NCBI GenBank assembly: GCA_964612595.1
Contig: CAZTFB010000003.1
Span: 32,272-96,271 of the forward strand
Source: an uncultured Gammaproteobacteria bacterium
GTDB taxonomy: Bacteria; Patescibacteriota; Microgenomatia; UBA1406; HO2-37-13b
DNA: 64,000 nt
Direction: 5' to 3'
How positions within the stretch are numbered: position 1 is the stretch's first letter; the number at the start of each line of letters is the position of its first letter. Shown here in pieces: positions 36,727 through 44,646 of the stretch. The notes under the pieces are model-generated. The model was given only the letters and a program-made list of their open reading frames with translations, was not told the DNA's origin and searched no databases. The position numbers and the translations under genes were made by a program.

Positions 36727-39153
36727 ATGACCGCGCTTTCGTATTTGCAAATTCGTACGCCTAAAGAGGATGAGACGCCTATTGAGGCGACAACTCAGAT
36801 TTTTTCCTCACTCCTACCCTCTTCCACAAAGTGGTGGAAAGTTATTTTTAAGAAACAGGTTGGCTATAGCTTCGAAATATATCTTTTGGGTCAACGCATT
36901 TATTTTTATCTCACCACACCTACATCGAAAGAAACATTCGTAAAAAGCTTGATTGCTTCTTCATTTCCTTCTTCAGCAGTGGTAAAAACAAAAGATCCGC
37001 TCGATTTTGTCCTTTCATCGCCGTATATAGCTACTGGCGAGGCTGTTTTAACAAACGACTTCTATTTGCCCATTAAATCCTATACTGAATTTAAGGGGGT
37101 CGACTCCCTTGCTTCGCTAGTTGGATTTCTTGCTAAAGGATCAACACAACAAAAAGCCGTCATGCAGGTTCTAATTACACCCGCAACGTTCCCATGGCAA
37201 AAAATGGCTAATAAACTCGCGAACCCTGCCCCATCAGCAGATGGCGAAAAAGCCGCTCCAGTCTCGGGAAGAGCGCTTATAGGCCAAAAAACAGCCTATC
37301 TGGGCGGTAAAGCACTAATAAGGATTCTTGTGGGGTCTGGTGGCCCTGAGGCAGGTACGTTTATGGATCATCTCATCGGAACCTTTGGCGCCTTCGCCAT
37401 GGGCGAAGGCAATCAATTTAAGCTCAAAAAGCCACGTGATAAAAAAGCATTTGTTTTGAGCGTAAAAGAGCGTGCAACACATTTTTTTGAGCATCGAGGT
37501 CAGATTTTGAACTCAGCTGAGCTCACCACATTATGGCATCCACCAGGCCTTATGCTCGCAGGAGTAAAAAATATAGCTTGGGGAAAGACACTTGCTGGTG
37601 AGCCTCCAGAAAATATTCCGATCCCTGAAGGCATGAGTGATGAAGAGAAAAAAGATGTTAACTTCTTCGCTCGAACTGAATATAAAAATAAAGAACAGAT
37701 TTTTGGTATTAAAACATATGACCGACGAAAACACGTCTATATTATTGGTAAAACAGGCGCAGGTAAATCGACGCTTATTGCTAATATGGCAATCGACGAT
37801 ATTCGCCGTGATCGAGGTGTTGGTATTATTGACCCCCACGGCGACCTCACCGAAGCTGTGCTTGATTATGTGCCTAAGCGACGTATAAACGATATTGTGT
37901 ACTTAGAACCGTTTGATCTTGAGCGTCCGTTCCATTTGAATATTCTCCAGGTTCCAAATCCTGAGCAAAAACACTTAGTAGCCTCAGGTATTGTATCGAT
38001 TTTCTATAAATTATATGGAGATGTAAGCTGGGGACCTCGTTTAGAGTATATTTTGCGTAATCTTGTGCTTACTTTGCTCGACATTCCTAATGCAACGCTC
38101 CCCGATGCGCTGCGCATCTTAGCTGATGATAAATATCGCGCGCGCGCGCTTGAAGATGTGCGCGATCCGGTCGTAATGGCTTTCTGGAAGAAGGAATTCG
38201 ATAAAATGCCGGATCGTATGAAAGCTGAGGCCGTCTCACCTCTTCAGAATAAGATTGGCCAGTTTGTGACGGCGCCTATGATTCGTAACATTATCGGAAG
38301 CCCCAAATCGACCATTGACCTCGCTGAAATTATGGATGAGCGTAAAATTCTCCTTTTGAACCTATCTCAGGGAAAACTTGGAGAAGATAATGCAGCACTT
38401 CTTGGTGCTATGTTTATTACGCAACTTCAGCTCGCCGCTATGAACCGCGCGTTCAAAAAAGAAGAAGAGCGTCAAGATTTCTTCCTGTATGTCGATGAGT
38501 TCCAAAACTTTGCCACAAGCTCATTTATTAAAATACTCTCTGAGGCAAGAAAATATCGCCTTGCACTCACGTTAGCAAATCAATATATCGATCAGCTCGA
38601 CGAAGATGTCAGTCGCGCTATATTCGGTAACGCGGGCACACTCGTTTCCTTCCTCGTCGGCGCCCGCGATGCAGACCCACTTTCCAAAGAATTTGGAGGC
38701 ATCTACTCAGACAAAGATCTCGTATCGCTTGGAAAATTTGAAATTGTGCTTAAACTCTCTGTTGATGGTCAAACATCTATGCCGTTCCCCGCGCGTACGC
38801 TCCCGCCGCCTAGCCTCAAAAATGACAACCGAGAAAAAATTATCCGCCTTTCTAAAGAGAAATATGGACGCCCTGCTCCAAGCACAGATACAATCAGCAC
38901 GCGCTCATACCCAATTTCAGAACCAAGCACAAGTAAAGTTGAAAAGCCAGTTGTAGAACCACAAGAAGTACCAAGCAAACCACAAAATAGCACAAGTATT
39001 GCCCATATTGTCCGCTCGCACGAAGAAAAGTCGTCTCAACCTCATCGACAGCCACATCAGGGTAGTTCAAGTCAAGGCAGTGGTCAAAATAGGTCCAGAA
39101 ACAACCGTTCACGTCCAAGACATTCTCAGAGACCTTCCGAGCGTAGATCTTAA
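36727..39153 (+). CDS. FtsK/HerA/VirB4-superfamily P-loop ATPase (probable type IV secretion / conjugation ATPase)
   Basis: Walker A (YIIGKTGAGKST) followed by IDPHGD, and Walker B (FFLYVDEFQNF). No TM helices. The about 110-aa C-terminal tail is S/Q/R-rich low complexity. Confidence 0.55.
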   Translation: MTALSYLQIRTPKEDETPIEATTQIFSSLLPSSTKWWKVIFKKQVGYSFEIYLLGQRIYFYLTTPTSKETFVKSLIASSFPSSAVVKTKDPLDFVLSSPYIATGEAVLTNDFYLPIKSYTEFKGVDSLASLVGFLAKGSTQQKAVMQVLITPATFPWQKMANKLANPAPSADGEKAAPVSGRALIGQKTAYLGGKALIRILVGSGGPEAGTFMDHLIGTFGAFAMGEGNQFKLKKPRDKKAFVLSVKERATHFFEHRGQILNSAELTTLWHPPGLMLAGVKNIAWGKTLAGEPPENIPIPEGMSDEEKKDVNFFARTEYKNKEQIFGIKTYDRRKHVYIIGKTGAGKSTLIANMAIDDIRRDRGVGIIDPHGDLTEAVLDYVPKRRINDIVYLEPFDLERPFHLNILQVPNPEQKHLVASGIVSIFYKLYGDVSWGPRLEYILRNLVLTLLDIPNATLPDALRILADDKYRARALEDVRDPVVMAFWKKEFDKMPDRMKAEAVSPLQNKIGQFVTAPMIRNIIGSPKSTIDLAEIMDERKILLLNLSQGKLGEDNAALLGAMFITQLQLAAMNRAFKKEEERQDFFLYVDEFQNFATSSFIKILSEARKYRLALTLANQYIDQLDEDVSRAIFGNAGTLVSFLVGARDADPLSKEFGGIYSDKDLVSLGKFEIVLKLSVDGQTSMPFPARTLPPPSLKNDNREKIIRLSKEKYGRPAPSTDTISTRSYPISEPSTSKVEKPVVEPQEVPSKPQNSTSIAHIVRSHEEKSSQPHRQPHQGSSSQGSGQNRSRNNRSRPRHSQRPSERRS

Positions 39154-39181
39154 TACTTTTTTAATAATTCTGCTGTAGAAT

Positions 39182-39472
39182 GTGTCGTATATGCTCAACG
39201 AGAGTGATTTGGGGAAAATAGGAAATGTACTCGAAATGAAGCTTCATAATGCGCTTGAGCCCATTCATGAACGCCTTGATCGCATTGAGAAACGTATTGA
39301 GGCATTAGAAATGCGCGTATCGTTACTTGAAAAACGCATGGACAAACTAGAAAAGGAAGTGCGTGAGTTTAGATTCGAATTCAATGCTATTGTTTACCAA
39401 AACAACGAAAGATTTGGAGATCATGAAGATCGTATAGTTGAACTCGAGGAGAAGTCTAAAACCGTAAATTAG
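39182..39472 (+). CDS. small coiled-coil protein (96 aa)
   Basis: Heptad-like repeats (RLDRIEKRIEALEMRVSLLEKRMDKLEKEV). Confidence 0.4.
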   Translation: MSYMLNESDLGKIGNVLEMKLHNALEPIHERLDRIEKRIEALEMRVSLLEKRMDKLEKEVREFRFEFNAIVYQNNERFGDHEDRIVELEEKSKTVN

Positions 39473-40668
39473 ACCACAAATTGACCCTTGCGATAAATCA
39501 CTTTTTTACTCCCATCACGCATTATAGCCTCAACCTGCCTATCTCCCGTTGCAATAATGTCGGTGTGTTCCGGCGAATCATTAAACCCGAGATCACGCCA
39601 CCCTTTTTCTGTCACCCGCCTCACATTTCCGGTATACGCCTCATGATAGCTTGATCCAAGGGCAAGATGGGTATTCCCCCACTTTCCACCGAAATTTTCG
39701 TCATAGAGCGTGTTTGCCATAAATGCATCGATGTGTGAGAAACGCGTGTCTGTAAGCGAATATTCGCCGACTTTATCAGCATTTTTCTGCTTTACGAGCT
39801 CTTTGATGAGATTGTCGTTCTTTTGTGCCTGTGCGCTGATGACACGACCATTTTTGAACTCAAGTCGTACATCCTTGATTAGATTGCCGTAACGATATAA
39901 AGGATGGTCAAAGAATACATAGCCATTCGTACCTCTCCAATCAGGTGAAGTAAACATCTCAAAACTTGGGATATTTCTACCTGAGCCTGCAAGCCATTGT
40001 CTCTTTTCACCTAGTTTTATGGTTAAGTCGGTATCTTTTGCTGTTAAGTGAAGGCTTTCTATAGGGAGCGCACTCAATTTAGTACGTAATTGTTCTAATT
40101 TTTTGAACGTGGAACGCCACACTGCTATAGGATTCTTCTCAGTTAAAAAACACGCCTTTTCTATCTGCTCCCAAAACTTATCGAGGCTCAATCCAGCCTC
40201 AGCGGCCATACCTTCTGTACCATACAATGCAAGCGTCCACGTCAACTTTCCTTTGTCTTCTTTATCGAATAACCATTTTTTCATAATCTGGGTATTCTTA
40301 TTCCCTAACATGATTTTCTTTGGATCAACGCCTTTTAGTAAAAACGGATCTGCAGTACCAATAAGATACATTCTGTGGTCAATAGTGTCGACGAGACTCT
40401 TCATGTAGTTTTTTGGGAAGAACTGTAGTTGTTCATCTGAGGCTGATTCGTATAATAGTCGTGAAAAATCCTCTTCATGCATCCGTACTATTGGGTGCCC
40501 CCCTTTTTCAAGAATACGAGTATAAACTGCTTTCGCTAGTGGAAGCGCTGGAAGATCAAACTGAAGCAAAACCACATCATTTTTTTTAATCCCTTTCTCG
40601 TTTCCCAACGCGAAATCAACGAGTACCTTAGCGTAATTGGTTAAGATGAGGTCAGATGGCACATACAT
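39469..40668 (-). CDS. M29-family (AmpS/PepS-like) aminopeptidase
   Basis: 399 aa. Segments resemble the M29 core (SFEMFTSP, GEYSLTDTRF, HLALGSSY). Assignment is from memory. Confidence 0.55.
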   Translation of the reverse strand: MYVPSDLILTNYAKVLVDFALGNEKGIKKNDVVLLQFDLPALPLAKAVYTRILEKGGHPIVRMHEEDFSRLLYESASDEQLQFFPKNYMKSLVDTIDHRMYLIGTADPFLLKGVDPKKIMLGNKNTQIMKKWLFDKEDKGKLTWTLALYGTEGMAAEAGLSLDKFWEQIEKACFLTEKNPIAVWRSTFKKLEQLRTKLSALPIESLHLTAKDTDLTIKLGEKRQWLAGSGRNIPSFEMFTSPDWRGTNGYVFFDHPLYRYGNLIKDVRLEFKNGRVISAQAQKNDNLIKELVKQKNADKVGEYSLTDTRFSHIDAFMANTLYDENFGGKWGNTHLALGSSYHEAYTGNVRRVTEKGWRDLGFNDSPEHTDIIATGDRQVEAIMRDGSKKVIYRKGQFVV

Positions 40669-40801
40669 AAGCTCACATTATATCTGTCACACATTAAAAT
40701 GACAAGGACATCAATAGTGTATAGCTTATAGAGTTTGGCAGGAGCACTTTGTGTATGGAATGTGGATAAGGTTTGGAATGCCTTTCTATAGATCACTATA
40801 C

Positions 40802-40830
40802 TTGACAAATGGTCTGCGATATACTATACT
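40802..40830 (+). promoter_or_regulatory. consensus promoter TTGACA-17-TATACT followed by ACTATAGG, heading a ~430-nt ORF-free region
   Basis: -35 at 40802-40807 and -10 at 40825-40830. No ORF until 41263. Confidence 0.4.
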
Positions 40831-40993
40831 ATAGGTCACTAAGTTTTAGTCTTCGGACTTTTACTTGGTATAATAAGATAACCATTTATATCTGCCCAGT
40901 GTTTTGCTGAAGCAGAGATAAAAGGTGCACCTTTACAACTAGGGTTCAGGAAATTTAATTAACTACTCGATTTATGGGATAGCAGCTTTACTG

Positions 40994-41002
40994 CTAGGTT
41001 CC
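40994..41002. repeat. 9-bp direct repeat CTAGGTTCC (left copy) at the left edge of the high-GC island
   Basis: Recurs at 43305-43313, and partially at 43260 and 43290. GC jumps from about 35% to over 60% some 40 bp to the right. Confidence 0.4.
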
Positions 41003-41262
41003 CTATCGTGGATTGGAGCACCATTATCTATTTACATAATGTTCCAATCTACAATGGGGGGCCTAGGAGCTAGAGGCTGCGGGCAGGCAGCTTTGGCTGT
41101 TAGGCCTCCCATTGAATCGATAACTCAGGCCGCGGGCGCGAACGCCCGCTGCGGACAGCAATGTTCCGCTGCGGTGCATACCGCGTCTGAGGCCATTCAA
41201 CCATCCACACACATCTCGTTTTAGCTCGAAAGAGCAGTCCGCTTAAGGAGGCGGAGAAAGTC

Positions 41263-41481
41263 ATGGACAGTGTTTTCGGTCGGTTCCTGCTCAAGCAGGC
41301 GGCGGCGGCGGTGCTCGGTTTCATCAGCACCATCGTCGTACTCGGTGTGATCCTCTTCATCCAGAACAACTACATGGGCGGCGTCTTGAACGCCGGTGTG
41401 TTCTTGTTCATCGGATGGGGGGTCAGCTGGAACTGGTGGTTCTCCACCATCTGCTTCTTCATGGACCACAGCGACAGCTAA
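41263..41481 (+). CDS. small two-TM membrane protein (72 aa), high GC
   Basis: RBS AAGGAGG upstream. Two hydrophobic helices. Confidence 0.4.
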   Translation: MDSVFGRFLLKQAAAAVLGFISTIVVLGVILFIQNNYMGGVLNAGVFLFIGWGVSWNWWFSTICFFMDHSDS

Positions 41482-41512
41482 CCTACGCAAACGAACTAAG
41501 GAGAAACAGCAC

Positions 41513-43150
41513 ATGAACGCGAAGCTCATCAAGTTCTTGCTCATCGCCGTCCTGGCGGTGAGCACCATGGTCCTCACGGGTTGCACCGCTTTCGGCGGAC
41601 CGAATTCCGGGAAGCCGGCTTCGGAGATGACCGTCAGCGAGGCGCTCGGGCTCGGCAACGCCCAGGCCTCCGAGGCCGTGACCGGAACGCAGCAAGTGGC
41701 AGTCGTCGGCGAGACGATCGACGCGGCGCAGTACGCCGCGGACGTCCAGCGCACCATCGATGAGGTGGCGGGGCTCGAGGCGGCGATCCGCAACGAGGGC
41801 TATACGTGGGCTGACGACGTGAAGACCTGCAGTGGCAACACGCAGGAGAAGCACGTCTGCGCCAACACGGCCCTTGCGAAGATCAAGAAGGCCTTCCCCG
41901 ACCTGGTCGTCGGCAGCGGTGGCAATACCGCGGTCGCGAACCAGGCGCAGGTCGCAATCGGTGCGTTGAGCCAGGCGAATAGATGGGCAACGTCCGTTTG
42001 GATCTGTCTGAAGCCCGGTGAGACATTGACCGGCCCCTCCCTCAGCGGCAAGACGATCACCGTAGGCTACCCCAAGGGCGCGAAGCTCATCAAGGTAGCC
42101 ACCGGCGAGATCGTGAACCTCGAGGAATGTGGGTCGGTCTGTCACCCGAACGAGGACGCCAACGGCAAGCCGACGTCCAACGCCGAGTGCCACATCTACA
42201 ACGTCGTTGTTCCCCCGCCTGGCGGTGGTGGCAGCGGTGGAAGTGGCGGTGCAGGCGGACAAGGCGGAGCCGGAGGCGCAGGTGGTGCTGGCGGAGCCGG
42301 AGGCGCAGGTGGTGCTGGCGGAGCCGGAGGCGCAGGTGGTCGGGGTGGCGAAGTTCCCCCGCCGTTCTGGTGCTTCTGGTGCCCGCCGCCGTGCACGACG
42401 TGTCCGACGCCGGTGCCGCCGACGAACACGCCGATCGTCATCAACGACGGCTGCGTCGTCGGTTGCGGCCTGCACTGGAACTCCCCTCAGGAGGCCAGGG
42501 CTTACGGCTGCAACGGGCCGTTCGTGATCGGCAGCTGCCCCACGGCGACGCCGACGTTGGTTCCGACATGCGTCCCCGGATGCGTGGTCACGGTCGAGCC
42601 GACGGCGACGAACACGCCGAGGGGGCCGGTCGATACGGCGACCCCGCCGCCGACGTTCATTCCGCCGACGGCGACGCCAACGGCTACGGCGACGGTGGCG
42701 GCGTGTACCTTCGAGTGGTACGCGGTCTGCGCGAACAGCGCGGTCTGCCCGAGGGGGAACGTTATCCCCAAGGGCGAGGCCGTGCTCATCCAGGTGATCA
42801 ACCGTGACGACACGGCGAAGGTCACCCGGGTTTGGCTCCGGGTTCAGCAGGTCAACCCTGACAAGGTGGACACGCAGGACCTGGTAACGCCTGGGGGGTA
42901 CCAACAGACCGACGGTTGGATCTTCAAGTGCCCGCAAGGCGCGCTCGATGCGGTGACCCCCGACATTCCGTCGTTCCTCGCAGCTCAGCTGCGGAGTCAG
43001 TGGAACGTCATCACCTCCGGGCGGGCCGGGTACGATAAGGTCGTACCGACCGGTTCCGGATGGACCGTGCGCGTCTGCCACGCGTACGAAGACGGCCGAG
43101 GATGGCAGCCGGTTCCCGGCTTCAATCCGGCCGTAGGCTGCGGCGAGTAA
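41513..43150 (+). CDS. lipoprotein with Gly/Ala tandem repeats and a Pro/Thr/Cys-rich region (545 aa), high GC
   Basis: RBS AAGGAGA. Lipobox LTGC after the signal helix. (GAGGAGGAG)n tract, then PPPFWCFWCPPPCTTCPTPVPPT and further C-rich modules. GC about 65%. Confidence 0.6.
   Translation: MNAKLIKFLLIAVLAVSTMVLTGCTAFGGPNSGKPASEMTVSEALGLGNAQASEAVTGTQQVAVVGETIDAAQYAADVQRTIDEVAGLEAAIRNEGYTWADDVKTCSGNTQEKHVCANTALAKIKKAFPDLVVGSGGNTAVANQAQVAIGALSQANRWATSVWICLKPGETLTGPSLSGKTITVGYPKGAKLIKVATGEIVNLEECGSVCHPNEDANGKPTSNAECHIYNVVVPPPGGGGSGGSGGAGGQGGAGGAGGAGGAGGAGGAGGAGGAGGRGGEVPPPFWCFWCPPPCTTCPTPVPPTNTPIVINDGCVVGCGLHWNSPQEARAYGCNGPFVIGSCPTATPTLVPTCVPGCVVTVEPTATNTPRGPVDTATPPPTFIPPTATPTATATVAACTFEWYAVCANSAVCPRGNVIPKGEAVLIQVINRDDTAKVTRVWLRVQQVNPDKVDTQDLVTPGGYQQTDGWIFKCPQGALDAVTPDIPSFLAAQLRSQWNVITSGRAGYDKVVPTGSGWTVRVCHAYEDGRGWQPVPGFNPAVGCGE
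42266..42340 (+). repeat. 27-bp tandem repeat (about 2.8 copies) encoding the Gly-Ala tract
   Basis: GGAGCCGGAGGCGCAGGTGGTGCTGGC repeated head-to-tail inside the lipoprotein gene. Confidence 0.7.
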
Positions 43151-43168
43151 CCGCAGCCGAACGAGTTT

Positions 43169-43216
43169 GGGCAGGGCGCGGCCTTCGGGAAGCGCCCTGC
43201 CCGGCTCGGGCTTTTT
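43169..43216 (+). terminator. intrinsic terminator after the lipoprotein gene
   Basis: GGGCAGGGCGC-(12-nt loop)-GCGCCCTGCCC, an 11-bp stem, then GGCTCGGGCTTTTT. Confidence 0.65.
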
Positions 43217-43304
43217 ACAGAACAAGCTCAAGGAATTACGTAGCCAATTGCTGGTTACCGTAGGTTCTTGCTGACTTAACTGTATAAGCATAGGTTCCTG
43301 AACC

Positions 43305-43313
43305 CTAGGTTCC
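43305..43313. repeat. 9-bp direct repeat CTAGGTTCC (right copy) at the right edge of the high-GC island
   Basis: Matches 40994-41002. GC drops back below 40% here. Confidence 0.4.
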
Positions 43314-43359
43314 TTTTTTAAGTTAAGCAGAGCTCTCTGCTTGAAGTAAGAAATGAACT

Positions 43360-44646
43360 ATGAAAAACACCATCGCTATAATCACTAGCTTCCCTGAAAA
43401 GAGGAAGCGCATGCATTCAAACAATAACTTTAATGCTATTGGTTGGCATGCAGAAAAGATAATCTCTCGCCTATCACGGGGCAATCGTCTTGTGGTCCTC
43501 GCTGAAAAAACATCATCAAAAGCTTCGATGTCAAAATTTAACAAAAATACTACCATTCTGAGGACATGGAAAAAGGGCAATCCCCTATCTATACTTATGC
43601 TCTCCAGACACCTTTTGAGTCTTCAAAAAGTCAAACGTATCTATGTGCCTTTCGAATTCAATATATTCGGTGGAACTTTACCAAACATTGCTTTAGTAGG
43701 ACTTCTCATTATTCTCAGAGTGATGGGTAAACAAATTACGTTTGAATTCCATCAGGTAATTTTTGATATCGGTGACCTTAAGAAGCATATTTTCATTAGA
43801 AATGCTTTCCAGAAATATTTTTACAATTTCGGTCTCAAAGTCTTTTATACGCTCATTGGTATTCTTTCAGAATCCGTGATTGTGTTTGAATTAGAACTTA
43901 AAGAACGACTTTCAAAATTCGTTAATAGAAACAAAATATCTGTGCTAAGTCTTTCAACATCAGTATCATCTTCGCTTTCAAAAAAAGCTGCTCGTGAGAA
44001 ACTGAAGATTTCTCATAATGACTTCATTGTGTTAGTTTTTGGCTATATTAATGGCTACAAAGGTATTCCATGGATAATGGAGAAACTCAGCTCGCCAGTG
44101 AAGCTCATTATTGCTGGAGGTAAAAATCCATATCTTAAACACCTTCAACATTACAAAAACTTTTACGCTTCAATCGTCAATGCAGCTCGCAAGTTACCTC
44201 ATGTAACACATACTGGTTTTATTCCTGATACAAAAGTAGAAACATACTATAAAGCAGCAGATCTTGTTGTTATCCCATATGAAGTATTCATGTCGGCATC
44301 TGGACCTTTTTCTCTTGCACTGAGTTATAAAAAACCAGTGCTCTTGGCAGATACGCTCATTGATTACAGTAAATCTAAGGATTTTGCATGTGCTATGACT
44401 AGAGCCGGGATTAAAAGTAAAGACCTATTTTTTTCACATCAAAACAATGAACTACCACAACTTATTAGGAAATATCGCACAAACAAACTCTATCGTGTCA
44501 AACTTCATACTTTTGTTGAACTACTCTCGAATGAACGATCTGAGGAGAAAGTTGTTGAAAAATTGAACTCTCTCCTTGCTTTTACACCAGCATCGAAAAG
44601 GGCTACAATCAATATACTGCCACGATTTCTTTTATTGAGATCGTGA
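43360..44646 (+). CDS. glycosyltransferase, GT-B fold (GT4-like)
   Basis: Rossmann-like N-terminus (IAIITSFPEK). The C-terminal block (YEVFMSASGPFSLALSYKKPVLLAD) resembles the GT4 donor-binding region, although the canonical EX7E is degenerate. Confidence 0.45.
   Translation: MKNTIAIITSFPEKRKRMHSNNNFNAIGWHAEKIISRLSRGNRLVVLAEKTSSKASMSKFNKNTTILRTWKKGNPLSILMLSRHLLSLQKVKRIYVPFEFNIFGGTLPNIALVGLLIILRVMGKQITFEFHQVIFDIGDLKKHIFIRNAFQKYFYNFGLKVFYTLIGILSESVIVFELELKERLSKFVNRNKISVLSLSTSVSSSLSKKAAREKLKISHNDFIVLVFGYINGYKGIPWIMEKLSSPVKLIIAGGKNPYLKHLQHYKNFYASIVNAARKLPHVTHTGFIPDTKVETYYKAADLVVIPYEVFMSASGPFSLALSYKKPVLLADTLIDYSKSKDFACAMTRAGIKSKDLFFSHQNNELPQLIRKYRTNKLYRVKLHTFVELLSNERSEEKVVEKLNSLLAFTPASKRATINILPRFLLLRS

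Noticed and set aside
40830-41262. tmRNA or RNase P RNA in the ORF-free transcript region
   Set aside because: No convincing conserved blocks or tRNA-like terminal structures could be identified by eye. Left as unclassified possible ncRNA or leader.
41483-43291. 602-aa minus-strand ORF, plus several 100-230-aa ORFs (42127..42807, 42129..42527, 42196..42444, 42502..42825), overlapping the high-GC lipoprotein gene
   Set aside because: Arg/Pro-rich translations typical of antisense or alternative-frame reading of over 60% GC DNA. The plus-strand frame has an RBS, a lipobox, coherent domain-like content and a downstream intrinsic terminator.
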